Below, piece by piece: positions 46,201 through 55,393 of a DNA stretch of 64,000 bases. The DNA comes from a virus, in the IMG/VR virus record IMGVR_UViG_3300025086_000013, positions 30,935 through 94,934 of that record; one strand, 5' to 3'. The notes below the pieces were generated by a model. That model searched no databases. It worked only from the letters and a program-made list of their open reading frames with translations, and had not been told where the DNA came from. The stretch's first letter is position 1. Every line of letters begins with the position of its first letter. A program made the position numbers and the translations under genes.

Positions 46201-47235
46201 ACACTGAGATCTAGAAGCTTTAAGAATATCTGCAGTACTTCCAAGAGCTTTTTTTAATTTAGAATAATCTAAATCTAAATCACTAAGTAATTTGTTCATT
46301 GGTACACGTTGACCAATTTTTCCTACAGATCTTGCAATAACAGTTGGTGGAGTATAGATTGCACCAGACTTTCTTTCTACATTTATAAGTTTTTTTTCTA
46401 GATTTTTTATTATAGGTAATTGTCTAACTGCTCTATTAGTAAGGTGTTGTGTATTATCTCTAATACCAGGAGCTCCACCTGCGGAAGGATTAGGACTACA
46501 ATCTACAGCAGTTAATAAACAACATAGTTTAGAACTAACAAATTCTAACCATCCACTATAAAAATATTGCTGATTACCGTCAAATTCCCAATAATATTGA
46601 GAATTTCCGCTATCAAGAAACATTGTATTAGTTATGGAACCATTTACTGTAATTGGAGTATTAGGAGACTCAACTGAATATATTTGAATACCCAAAGAAA
46701 CATTATTGTCTTGTACATATCCTAATGCACTTCTACACGGAAAGTCTACTTTTATACTTCCTGGATCTCCTGGACTACCTGCTGGACCCGGACTACCTGC
46801 TGGTCCTGGGCTACCTGCTGGTCCTGGGCTACCCGCTGGACCTGGATCACCTAGTGGTCCTATTGGTCCTATTGGACCTATTGGGCCTAAAGGTCCACTT
46901 GGTCCTTCTAATCCTTCAATACTATTTATGAAGTTCCATATTCTTGTAAGTTCAGTTACTGTATCACAATCAAACTGAATCATTATGTTTATTAAATCTG
47001 AAATAGTTTCAGGATCTTCTGTTAAACCATAACATGTCCAATCAATTAAACTTAGATCAAAAATTTCACCACCACCATCTAAATGACAAATAAATTCAGC
47101 TATCTTTGCAATAATAATACTAATAGTATCACCATTACAAACATCTATACAATCTAAATCTGGACCTTGCCATACAACACAATTTGAAGATATAGGATTA
47201 CATCCGTTTGTATTTCCAGTAGTAAGTGGTATCAT
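43264..47235 (-). CDS. Tail/head fibre-like protein, 1323 aa, with Cys-rich anchor, collagen-like segment and FN3-like domain
   Basis: [22 protein letters not shown]-terminus; 18 G-x-y triplets; [13 protein letters not shown]3-like motif; Thr/Ser/Gly-rich C-terminal half. Confidence 0.7.
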   Translation of the reverse strand: MIPLTTGNTNGCNPISSNCVVWQGPDLDCIDVCNGDTISIIIAKIAEFICHLDGGGEIFDLSLIDWTCYGLTEDPETISDLINIMIQFDCDTVTELTRIWNFINSIEGLEGPSGPLGPIGPIGPIGPLGDPGPAGSPGPAGSPGPAGSPGPAGSPGDPGSIKVDFPCRSALGYVQDNNVSLGIQIYSVESPNTPITVNGSITNTMFLDSGNSQYYWEFDGNQQYFYSGWLEFVSSKLCCLLTAVDCSPNPSAGGAPGIRDNTQHLTNRAVRQLPIIKNLEKKLINVERKSGAIYTPPTVIARSVGKIGQRVPMNKLLSDLDLDYSKLKKALGSTADILKASRSQCINLSATDRLNGAGQYSSMAGWHVSPSTLSQSIDNNWKVLCDVRSAVSDLQSTVHPSGCVGFTYDPKLRINKDTGGNLVSITIDFRNMVIPTGFYDCNKARGTKITVEDSSLNTLIDYANVSELQNSKVGHVIGNIGNVLDTTSNFKIKIEFCFTDGSNQCERIAEYTLENSSGCPKIELTSTGETSIEYKITELTTNSKNTYEIIVEDSLGSTMSKQTIKEPTVATNTGKSTGLVAGTTYEIYCKTTTLAGNVTSCDKIEFKTSAPTCVTVVKNSTDYKSKIADIGTTKVEIAKYTDGVTTTSWLFGLSASDASTVAVYKGTDSSVDAGVDGQFHVYSDAISDNPTTSISCGNVTYAATGMKTSMLPEENGWQYAGEIVVSGNKTYYVYALINTDNKSVDQVVFCCDCKPSYVRPLYCPDTESANHVGYGSDKTAWYVYAPNTYEGTVGNKQLRIPINIVGYSKQTTPITWNATSALGGSTEFLLPTDNNYDASLKGDVQLIYTPIVNRPTGGVDSIEVYAKTDCTVGNPGNRTVNTVTIPIVDAAAIPNKNTDITVFIDTNIYSEDEAVIIKDQVGELQQFLLDNCSDWTGSVYYVPVTGSNSGDYLNYTKAMVDKKNGGTGSISVASGYSAVRNLPPYWDASSTDSVPSTVYLICFIGDVNGNGTYGSNSISNGWNSPAQPTASYQTHYDELLDILWVNEALRTTWGTTAVGGNPITHKQFDLTQILIPTVSGSQDNSSAAVLQAIGALTGTTLSTAGYKGLASGSVKNPIDISPYMSPSASLPVPYTGTTAGGANTISGLYGYGFRVMPFIDKSILTADSQKYSSSKHERQLGAALKRITGADTSGGGILTDINCPSGVDNGKVMTGTLNNVAVTSYGSDPSQPNNCSKAGTYAITLSQCISIYNSTGVEFDTSVKAYKSVQGANTSDSNDELTDGAYYAQHGAAALDTIRKVAKYDADASSGGYWEDIKTVSAC
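46753..46914 (-). repeat. Collagen-like G-x-y repeat (18 triplets; 9-bp and 18-bp tandem DNA units)
   Basis: GLE GPS GPL (GPI)3 GPL GDP (GPA GSP)4 GDP GSI. Confidence 0.9.
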
Positions 47236-47273
47236 AAGTTATTTTTTTTATAGCTAAAATTATTTACTATATA

Positions 47274-47288
47274 ATATAATATACAAAA
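47274..47288 (-). promoter_or_regulatory. Copy of shared promoter-like motif
   Basis: The minus strand reads TTTTGTATATTATAT, upstream of the ATG at 47235. Confidence 0.6.
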
Positions 47289-47316
47289 GTTTTAATAAAC
47301 AACCAAGTGATCATAT

Positions 47317-49140
47317 CTATTCCTCAGCTTCTTCTATTTCAGTACAACCAGCTTTTTCTATATTACATTCTTTAATTTCATCATCTGTTAAAACTATTTC
47401 TATTTTTTGTTGAGCACATCCTCCTTTAGTTGTAAAACAATAACATACATTTAAAGTATGTTCAGTATTTACTGATGCATTGTTTATGGTAGTTTTAAAT
47501 ATACCAAATTTATCTGTATATCCAGCATTTCCTCCATTTAGTATTATTTCATAATCTTTAACTGGATCTCCATTTTGATTAGTTACTTCTATTCTTATAC
47601 ATTCTGAATCATCTACACATTGAGCATTAAATGATGGAATAGGAGGTTCTATACATCCTGAACACAATTGAGCACCAGTTCCTTCAAATAATGGAAAAGT
47701 TTCACTATATAAATCAATTTGTGTATTTAAAAAACCATTAGGATCATTTTGGTTTACAAAATCACACAAATCACATAAGGTTAAAATATTATCATATGCA
47801 AGTATCTCTTGCCATCCTGGTGGTAATGTATCATTATAAGGCAGTAAATTATTTGTTAAGAAAAACATAAATTGATTCCAGTCTAATTCTGGATAAGGAG
47901 ACCAAGGTATTTCACTTCTTTCCCAACCACAATAATAACAAGGTGTTGTTGATACAACTCGTGGAACTTCATTTTCTTGCAGTGTGTTATCAACATTAGC
48001 AAGATCTGTATTAGTACTAAAAGTTTCTAATATGTTTTCATATACAACTCCCCCATTTGGAAAACTCCATGTGCATGTTACTAGTGGTTCAGGTAATATA
48101 GGCAGGTATTGAAATGAATTACCTGTACCTTGCCAATCTCCAGCTATTGTATTTGCTTCTGGTGTTCCTCCATCTGTCCAAAAAATAGTTGGATCATCAA
48201 AACCTTGTGGAAAAGCTTCATCAAGAACTTTTGTATATGTATTGTAACCATCTACTACAGTCATAATAATTGGAAAATCCCAATTATCAGGATACCATTG
48301 ACCACCATCCATTGTACTCCATGCAGTATAATCAGTTTTAGTATTACCAAAAAATGTCATACCAAATGCACCTGATGCTCCAATCTCAATACTATCATCT
48401 ATAAAACCCCACATTTGATTTCCTTCACTGTCTGTAGTTTCAGTAAAACCACCATTATCAAAACCTGCTGCAAAACTAGATGCTATTGGATCTAAATAAT
48501 AAAAAAATGGAAGTTTTACACCATTAGCATTTGTTCTTAAATTACATTGTGCAATAGGAACTGGATATGGTTGTGGAAAAGGAATTTGATTAAATGGTGG
48601 AACATTTCCATATCCATTTCCAACTCCATTTGGCCACATAATTTGCAGCCATGGATCAAGTCCATATATTTGTTCACCTGCTGCATTAAATCCTATTGCA
48701 TTAATTATTGCATAAAATGTAACTTGAGCATTACCAGAAACATTAGGTATATTTTCAAAAGCATTAATATTACACTTAAGACCTACATTAATACCTCCTG
48801 TTGATTCATAATAATAACCACCTGTATTAGCTAATTGTTGAGCATTAGGTATAAAAGATGCAGGATATGTACAAGGATTTTGACATTGTCCTTCTAACCA
48901 ATTTGGATCTTCACCAGAATTTACACTCCATAATTCTTTTTCATATGTAATTGAAGAGTATGTTTTTATTTTTTCTGGTTGATTACACAACTCTGATTTG
49001 ATGGCGTATTTATTTAATTGATCTATAGAGCAACATGGACTTAAACCAAATCTTTTAGATCTAAAATCTTTATATATGAAATCTGCAAACTTTTGCTGTA
49101 TTTCAATTTTTTTTAATATCTCTTTGTCAAAGTCCGCCAT
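47317..49140 (-). CDS. Putative structural protein, 607 aa, with a large acidic central insert and C-terminal Ig/carboxypeptidase-regulatory-like domain
   Basis: Basic N-terminus (KFADFIYKDFRSKRFGLSPCC); Lys/Arg-poor centre; C-terminal IEVTNQNGDPV...GYTDKFGIF beta-sandwich pattern. Confidence 0.45.
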   Translation of the reverse strand: MADFDKEILKKIEIQQKFADFIYKDFRSKRFGLSPCCSIDQLNKYAIKSELCNQPEKIKTYSSITYEKELWSVNSGEDPNWLEGQCQNPCTYPASFIPNAQQLANTGGYYYESTGGINVGLKCNINAFENIPNVSGNAQVTFYAIINAIGFNAAGEQIYGLDPWLQIMWPNGVGNGYGNVPPFNQIPFPQPYPVPIAQCNLRTNANGVKLPFFYYLDPIASSFAAGFDNGGFTETTDSEGNQMWGFIDDSIEIGASGAFGMTFFGNTKTDYTAWSTMDGGQWYPDNWDFPIIMTVVDGYNTYTKVLDEAFPQGFDDPTIFWTDGGTPEANTIAGDWQGTGNSFQYLPILPEPLVTCTWSFPNGGVVYENILETFSTNTDLANVDNTLQENEVPRVVSTTPCYYCGWERSEIPWSPYPELDWNQFMFFLTNNLLPYNDTLPPGWQEILAYDNILTLCDLCDFVNQNDPNGFLNTQIDLYSETFPLFEGTGAQLCSGCIEPPIPSFNAQCVDDSECIRIEVTNQNGDPVKDYEIILNGGNAGYTDKFGIFKTTINNASVNTEHTLNVCYCFTTKGGCAQQKIEIVLTDDEIKECNIEKAGCTEIEEAEE

Positions 49141-49150
49141 ATCTGTTTAA

Positions 49151-49702
49151 TTAACAGCAAGAAATGTCACATGTTATTTTCTTTAATTTAGATTCTGCAT
49201 ATTTATATAATTCCCAACCTGCTTCTGGGCTACCAGCATATTCTACTTTTGCTTTAGCAGCATCTATCATTGTTTTTATATAATGCATTTCTGCTATAAT
49301 TTTTTTTCTATCACTTGAAGGTTCACATGCTTGAATATCTAAATCACAAAGTTTTCTATAATAAGCTGCCATTATAGTATTAGTTCTTAAATGGTTATAT
49401 TCCACATATACTTTATCATGTGGTTGTACTCTATATTTAATTACATACACACCATCAGGATATGGTGCTGTATTTTCACCACAACCATATGTTTGTAAAC
49501 CTAATGCACAAGCAGTAAGATTTAAATTAAATTGTGGTTGAACATCTACTATATAAGGATTGCTAAAACCAGGAGGTAAGATTAATAATTGAGGGCATTC
49601 TATAGGTACTTCTTCTGCATATTGACTTGTATCTTTAACACTAAAAATATCACAATTTGCAACACAAGGTAGTTCTAGACTTAATATATGTTTTGCTGCC
49701 AT
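49151..49702 (-). CDS. Conserved virion protein (tail hub / fibre-anchoring candidate), 183 aa
   Basis: PDGVY.IKY motif and helical C-terminus; position between the head and fibre genes. Confidence 0.45.
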   Translation of the reverse strand: MAAKHILSLELPCVANCDIFSVKDTSQYAEEVPIECPQLLILPPGFSNPYIVDVQPQFNLNLTACALGLQTYGCGENTAPYPDGVYVIKYRVQPHDKVYVEYNHLRTNTIMAAYYRKLCDLDIQACEPSSDRKKIIAEMHYIKTMIDAAKAKVEYAGSPEAGWELYKYAESKLKKITCDISCC

Positions 49703-49727
49703 AAGATGAATTTAATTGAGTACTCAT

Positions 49728-49742
49728 AAATAATATACAAAA
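49728..49742 (-). promoter_or_regulatory. Copy of shared promoter-like motif
   Basis: The minus strand reads TTTTGTATATTATTT, between a terminator and the ATG at 49702. Confidence 0.6.
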
Positions 49743-49762
49743 AATGCTTCTGATATAAAAAT

Positions 49763-49792
49763 AAAAAGGGCAGGAATAATACCCGCCCTTTT
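49763..49792 (-). terminator. Intrinsic (possibly bidirectional) terminator
   Basis: The plus strand reads AAAAAGGGCAGG-AATAATA-CCCGCCCTTTT, a hairpin flanked by A/T tracts just after the stop at 49814. Confidence 0.85.
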
Positions 49793-49813
49793 AATTAAAA
49801 ACTTAGCAAACTA

Positions 49814-51055
49814 TTAAGTTGCTGAAGTCCAAGAACTAAGATCTTTAACTGTAGTTTGTGCCCAACCAGCTAAGTTAGTCATTACAGTATCTACATCTGT
49901 TTGTCCTGAAGTACCATTTACAACAGCAAATTTCAATATATATTGATCATTGTCAAATGTACCTGATGGGTTATTAAACCTTGGCACATGATGTTGTACG
50001 TAGTAAGCATCATAGTTAGTTGCAGTTCTATCAACAGCAGTAAATAAATCAGCACCTTGCTCTATCTCTCTCATTCTAGAAGCATTTTTACTTCCTACTG
50101 GGAAATGAAATTGTCTATATGATTCAGATAACAAAAGTTCACGTAATACACCTTCACCATGTCCAAGTGCTTGCGTACCAGTAGTGATTGTTTCTGTTCC
50201 ACAAGAAGTACACACATCTCCATCATCATCTAATATTTGCATATTTTGAATTTGAAGTGGTTCCATTTCATGATAATCTCTAGGATCAAATGAACAGTTA
50301 CCAAATGTAGTGCTAGTAAACGCAGCAGTAATTCGTAACATACCTTTATTTAAACCAGTAGGTGACGCATTAAAGAACGCAGAAGCTTCATATTGTGCTT
50401 GAAAAGTTTGAGAAGCTGTAGCAGTAATCTCATTAGCAGGTGTTGCTGCACCAGTATTTGTAGTAAATAACTGTACAGTAACCATTGTGCTCCAGTAATC
50501 ATCTCTTCGTATTTCATCAGCAATAGTAGCTAATACCCATGAAGGATCAATGTAAGGCTCATCTGTTTTACAACAGTAGTTATTACTTTGAAAAATCTTG
50601 TACATGTTGTGAGACATAAATCTTAAAGCTGGAGATCCTTTCATATCAACTCTTAAGTTGTATAAAGAACCACATGGAAAACATGTATGCTCTGCAATAA
50701 ACTCTCCTTTGGAATTACCAGCTGCCTGATGAGCTTGCTTACCAATGAATGAAGTATACTTTGGATTTAAAATTTTACTTTTTATAGTTTCTTGATAACC
50801 ACCCATTGCTGGATTATTACCAACGGTATCAGAACCGTAAGGGCTTGCTTGTGCAAAATAAAAAAGATCAGGATTAGCAGCTAGTGCACCATTTATAGCA
50901 CCAGAATTTAAACTGATATTTCCATCTTTAGTAAACAATCCTAATTGTGCAGTTGCTGTGTTTAACTGCGCTGGTGCAATTGCTACCGCACCTGGATTTT
51001 TATACACATCCCTTGGGACGAACGTTTTTTTAAACGCGTGAGAAAAATAACTCAT
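49814..51055 (-). CDS. Abundant structural protein (auxiliary capsid-type), 413 aa
   Basis: Has its own promoter-like motif and terminator; lies in the head module of a crAss-like gene order. Function inferred. Confidence 0.5.
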   Translation of the reverse strand: MSYFSHAFKKTFVPRDVYKNPGAVAIAPAQLNTATAQLGLFTKDGNISLNSGAINGALAANPDLFYFAQASPYGSDTVGNNPAMGGYQETIKSKILNPKYTSFIGKQAHQAAGNSKGEFIAEHTCFPCGSLYNLRVDMKGSPALRFMSHNMYKIFQSNNYCCKTDEPYIDPSWVLATIADEIRRDDYWSTMVTVQLFTTNTGAATPANEITATASQTFQAQYEASAFFNASPTGLNKGMLRITAAFTSTTFGNCSFDPRDYHEMEPLQIQNMQILDDDGDVCTSCGTETITTGTQALGHGEGVLRELLLSESYRQFHFPVGSKNASRMREIEQGADLFTAVDRTATNYDAYYVQHHVPRFNNPSGTFDNDQYILKFAVVNGTSGQTDVDTVMTNLAGWAQTTVKDLSSWTSAT

Positions 51056-51125
51056 AATTAATAATTTTATAAATAAATAATGTGGAACTCTTTAAAGCTC
51101 CGTTACAAACAAGAAGGTTTTATAT

Positions 51126-51140
51126 ATATAATATACAAAA
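51126..51140 (-). promoter_or_regulatory. Copy of shared promoter-like motif
   Basis: The minus strand reads TTTTGTATATTATAT. Confidence 0.6.
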
Positions 51141-51163
51141 ATTTAAATTAAACTGACTGTATA

Positions 51164-52549
51164 TTAATTATTTTTTTCTGACTCTTGTGATGTCCTTTGT
51201 TGTTGATTCATATCACTTATATCACCGGCAAGTATTGATGCAGCAGAATCTATCATTATTTCTACTATATCATCTTTAAATTCACATTCTATGTCAGCTA
51301 CAACAGCTTGACCAGTGTAAGGATCAATAGAACCTTGTATTTGAATTCTTCTAGGAGTTCTATAATAAACTAATACTGGATTCATTATAAAAAAATCTTT
51401 TCTCCATATTCTTATACCAGCATGTCCACCTGGACCTAAAGTTAAAGGATCAAAATTACTTTCTCCCTCTTGAAAAGTACAAAATGTTTCACCCCATTCC
51501 CAATTTGGATTTTTTAATGGATCTCTTAATATGACATCTATATTAGCAACTTCTGATTGATATACAGTCATTTGTCTTGCATGAGTACAAAAGTTTTCTT
51601 GATCAGCACCAGGAGCACAAAAACATGAAACAGCTTCTTGAGCAGGAACAGCAGGCACTGCAGGAATTGGTGCTATAGGATCTACCCCTGGTACTCCAGG
51701 AATAGGAGGAACATCAATATCAGGTCCAGGAACTAAAACTTCTACATCTGTTGTTACAGTTATATAAACTGTAACTTCCCTACATGTTTTAAATTGATAC
51801 CAACATCCATCACTTCCTTGAGCAATATTACTAGGAAAAGACAAATTCATATCTAAAGCTTCAAGAGCAGCTATATATTCTGCTTGGGATAAACCACAAT
51901 TATCATCAAGTTGAGGATCTATATATTGAAATGCCATCAAATCAGGATTAGTTTGTGCAGCATTATATGCTACAACATCAGCTATAAAGGGAGTATTTCC
52001 CAGTGCAGTATTAGCATAAAAATATTCACATTGTGTTACTAATCTTGGTTCTCTAGTAGTAACTTGTTGTATCTCTATTACATCAGGACCTGGAATAGTA
52101 AATCCTGGAACTCCAGGTATTTCTGGTATTCCAGGAACTCCCGGTACTCCAGGAATTTCTGGTGTTCCTTCAGTAGCAGCTTGATCAGCAAAACATTGCT
52201 GTCCACCACATTCAATTTTTTTAAATTCTAAATAATCTCCTCCTAATTGTGGATCATAAATAACTCCAAAATTACTACTTTCAAAGTATCCAAATGTGCC
52301 ATTATAATTTACATCAACTCCAAATAACCTTTCTCTTTTTAATAAAATTTCTAAATCATCAATTCTTCTTTTAGACATTTCATCTCCTTCTTGACGCATA
52401 TTTGTTCCAGCCAATTGCCTTCTAACCCATTCAATTTGTGCTTTATTAAATGCTTCAGATATCTCCCAAGATTGAATATTGTCATAATCTTGACTATCAA
52501 TCTTATTGAGCCTTTGTTTTAACTTAATCTGGAGTGTTACATTATTCAT
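51164..52549 (-). CDS. Head-tail ring/adaptor protein with a ~190-aa Pro/Gly stalked insertion
   Basis: N-terminal LKQRLNKIDSQDY...EISEAFNKAQ and C-terminal YYRTP...ECEF..DIVEIM match the crAss-like ring protein pattern. The insert spans about 51617-52195. Confidence 0.65.
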   Translation of the reverse strand: MNNVTLQIKLKQRLNKIDSQDYDNIQSWEISEAFNKAQIEWVRRQLAGTNMRQEGDEMSKRRIDDLEILLKRERLFGVDVNYNGTFGYFESSNFGVIYDPQLGGDYLEFKKIECGGQQCFADQAATEGTPEIPGVPGVPGIPEIPGVPGFTIPGPDVIEIQQVTTREPRLVTQCEYFYANTALGNTPFIADVVAYNAAQTNPDLMAFQYIDPQLDDNCGLSQAEYIAALEALDMNLSFPSNIAQGSDGCWYQFKTCREVTVYITVTTDVEVLVPGPDIDVPPIPGVPGVDPIAPIPAVPAVPAQEAVSCFCAPGADQENFCTHARQMTVYQSEVANIDVILRDPLKNPNWEWGETFCTFQEGESNFDPLTLGPGGHAGIRIWRKDFFIMNPVLVYYRTPRRIQIQGSIDPYTGQAVVADIECEFKDDIVEIMIDSAASILAGDISDMNQQQRTSQESEKNN

Positions 52550-53644
52550 TTATATTGCCCATTCACGTTCAACCTTTTCTATAATATACATTAAAACTTC
52601 ATCATTTAGTGGACTTGCAATATAACTTAGAACATCTTCCATAGTTCTTCCAAGCTTTTCATTACGGTCACTATAAATAAATCCATCAGCTTTATCACTT
52701 ATAATTCTATAACTTTTAGCATCTTTTATAATAGCTGCTAATTTTAATTCTTCTAATCCCATTTTAGAAACATTTAAAAATGTTTGAGCAGCTTTTGTTC
52801 TACTTGTTTCTGATCCTTCACCATGAATATATGCATCCATATTTTCATATATTGCATCATTAGGTGTTGAATTTACATAATTTGTACTATTTAAATCAAC
52901 TACTTTTGCAACATACTTTAATTTAGTAGGATTAGAATCATACATATTTTGTAATGCAGCAAGTGCTTTATTTCTAATTTTAGAACTTGAAGTTCTAGTA
53001 GCAACAGTTTCTTTTAAATTATCTAAATAAAACTTACAAGCCGCTCCTTTTCTTTTAGCTGTTTCTAAGTCTTTAGCACATATAGAAAATCCACCAGCTT
53101 CAATTGCAAAGATCTTTATTAAATCATAAGGATCTTTTTTAGGATCTAAATACAAAGGATCATTTCCAACCCTTAAAGTAATTTTTGCCCAAAATGTATC
53201 ATTATTTGGTTTAAGTAATTGAACCTTATTCCAAAATTCTGGATCATCTACAGATACAACATTTTGTGCTAATTCTTTTTCTAATTCAGCAACAGCTGTT
53301 CTTATCTGTCTTATTTTAGCTTCTCTTTTATCAGAAGGTAATTGTTTTATTTCAGGAGCAAATTCATTTAATCCCGTTAAATATCTTCTTACACCATTTA
53401 CATCTAAACATGTAAGTTGTTCTTCATGAAATACATTGTCATATAATGATATTCCATAATTTTCTAATCCCATGTTTTCATTATTTGTAACAAAAGGACG
53501 TATTGCAATACTTTGATTTTTTGATTGTTGATATTTTTCAATCATTGTGAAATCCTCCATTGACACTTTAGGTTCAACAGTAGGTTCCATAGTTGTAGAT
53601 TCTGTCATTTTTTCTTTTTTAGTTGTTTTTTTCTTTGCCATCAT
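52550..53644 (-). CDS. Conserved head-module protein downstream of the MCP, 364 aa
   Basis: ORF track and synteny only; no catalytic motif recognised. Confidence 0.5.
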   Translation of the reverse strand: MMAKKKTTKKEKMTESTTMEPTVEPKVSMEDFTMIEKYQQSKNQSIAIRPFVTNNENMGLENYGISLYDNVFHEEQLTCLDVNGVRRYLTGLNEFAPEIKQLPSDKREAKIRQIRTAVAELEKELAQNVVSVDDPEFWNKVQLLKPNNDTFWAKITLRVGNDPLYLDPKKDPYDLIKIFAIEAGGFSICAKDLETAKRKGAACKFYLDNLKETVATRTSSSKIRNKALAALQNMYDSNPTKLKYVAKVVDLNSTNYVNSTPNDAIYENMDAYIHGEGSETSRTKAAQTFLNVSKMGLEELKLAAIIKDAKSYRIISDKADGFIYSDRNEKLGRTMEDVLSYIASPLNDEVLMYIIEKVEREWAI

Positions 53645-53675
53645 TAAAAGGTTTTTATGTTATTAAATAAAATTT

Positions 53676-53701
53676 AAAAGAGGGACCTATAAGATCCCTC
53701 T
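53676..53701 (-). terminator. Intrinsic terminator/attenuator after the major capsid gene
   Basis: The minus strand reads AGAGGGATCT-TAT-AGGTCCCTCT-TTT, just after the MCP stop; the U-tract is short. Confidence 0.75.
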
Positions 53702-53717
53702 CTTAAATAGAAATATA

Positions 53718-55352
53718 TTAGAATGAACCACCCGTAGTTGGATTCTTCATAACTATTTTCAATACCTTGGTAGGGTCTTTTACCCATATTGCCGGCATGG
53801 TTTGAGTCATATAAACTCTATAGCCATTGAATTGTCCAGATGATTGGAATCCTTGAGTTCTTCCCATATAATCCATAGTTCCATTTTGGTAGAACCATTT
53901 TAATTGATTATCCCAATTTAATTTCAACAAGTGAATGTTGTCATTTCCTTGGTCTGTAACATCAAAGATTATAAATGAATAAGAACTTAAAGGTCTTCCA
54001 TCAATAAGTGGATTCTCAATATCATTAGTATGTAAGTTGTCAAATGCTGGATTCAATACGAATTTTACATTTGCTAAGAATGGAATTACAAAAGATGTAA
54101 ATGAAAATCCATATCCCATATCCATACCTTTACCAGTAACTGCACCAACATTATCAGCATTAATTACCCAAGGATTATTTCCACCACTATTGATCATGCT
54201 AACATCATCTTTAATAGCTTTATTAATCAATTGCATACCACCAATACCTGTTTGTACAATTAAAGATCTTTGTGGATCTGGTCCATCTAACTCAACTTTA
54301 CCTTGATAGAAGTTATAAAGCTCAGCTTTGAACATGTCTAAGTTGAATGAAGACTTATTGTAAACTCTTTTAAATGAGTTATCTAATTGTCTCCAAAGAC
54401 CTACAGATAATCTAATATCATCTGGTCCGTCTTGCTTAACTCTACCTCCACGTCCCCACATTAGGTACGTTTCAATATCAGTTGCTATCTTAGAAAGATG
54501 AGCAGCTTCCATATTAGTAAGGAAAGTTCGTGAAAGATCACCATTGTCAAAAGCACGTCTTACATAGTCAGCACCCATAATATCTACCATTGATTCCAAT
54601 GAAGAAATTGATGGATCCATTCCTTTGTCAAATGATCTCCAAATCTCAGTAACTGGAACAGTACCGTCAGCATTCATTCCTCCTTTAAGCATTAAGTCTG
54701 CTCTAGAAGAAATAGAATAATGAACATGTGCTTCAGCTCCTCCTACAAAGTTGTAGAATTCACGGAAACCTGTAGAAGTTGTTAGATCTGAAAATCTTTC
54801 ACCATACTCACCACGTGCAGAACCTTTCCTAAAGTACTTAGTTCCAGCAGCTAAATAAGTAGTGCTAAAAGTTGCAGCGTTTGAATTGTTTACCATTTGA
54901 ACAGTATAAACCCATCCTTCTCCTGCTTCATAAATGTCATCAGCCGTAATGTAAAGTTCAACACCATTATACTTATCATAAGTAATGATGTCTCCATGAC
55001 CGAATGCTCTTTTACTAAGCATAATCTTGAATGTAGTTCCATCTGCCCCTAAATAATCAGCTGCCGCTTCAATATTTTTGATTATATAAGGTAAATCTTG
55101 TGTAACGGGAGTTTGCCACTTATACTCACCACGAGCATTATCCACCATAATTGTATTCTGACCACCAAAAGATGCTAATTGATATAAAGGCATTTCTACC
55201 TTTTGAGCTTGTGCCCAAATATCAATAGGGCCCATATCCATAGGCTCTGCATCCCCTAACATATTTGTTAAGTGATAAGAATCAACATGTGAACTAGCTT
55301 TATAGTTCGTATCACGTAGGAAAATCCCATTATTTAAAACTGGAGTTGCCAT
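53718..55352 (-). CDS. Major capsid protein (crAss-like HK97 fold), 544 aa
   Basis: Position portal-scaffold-MCP, size, a downstream terminator, and motifs E.YLMWG, GLWRQL, TGIGG, C-terminal IWVKDPTK. Confidence 0.85.
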   Translation of the reverse strand: MATPVLNNGIFLRDTNYKASSHVDSYHLTNMLGDAEPMDMGPIDIWAQAQKVEMPLYQLASFGGQNTIMVDNARGEYKWQTPVTQDLPYIIKNIEAAADYLGADGTTFKIMLSKRAFGHGDIITYDKYNGVELYITADDIYEAGEGWVYTVQMVNNSNAATFSTTYLAAGTKYFRKGSARGEYGERFSDLTTSTGFREFYNFVGGAEAHVHYSISSRADLMLKGGMNADGTVPVTEIWRSFDKGMDPSISSLESMVDIMGADYVRRAFDNGDLSRTFLTNMEAAHLSKIATDIETYLMWGRGGRVKQDGPDDIRLSVGLWRQLDNSFKRVYNKSSFNLDMFKAELYNFYQGKVELDGPDPQRSLIVQTGIGGMQLINKAIKDDVSMINSGGNNPWVINADNVGAVTGKGMDMGYGFSFTSFVIPFLANVKFVLNPAFDNLHTNDIENPLIDGRPLSSYSFIIFDVTDQGNDNIHLLKLNWDNQLKWFYQNGTMDYMGRTQGFQSSGQFNGYRVYMTQTMPAIWVKDPTKVLKIVMKNPTTGGSF

Positions 55353-55393
55353 AATTTAATTCTTTTTTTATTTGTTAAACATTAATTAATATA

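Noticed and set aside
46706-46978. Plus-strand collagen-like ORF (PGLPAG repeats)
   Set aside because: Antisense mirror of the Gly/Pro codons in the real fibre gene.
30373-49140. Diversity-generating retroelement targeting tail genes
   Set aside because: No reverse transcriptase and no near-identical TR/VR repeat pair seen in this window.
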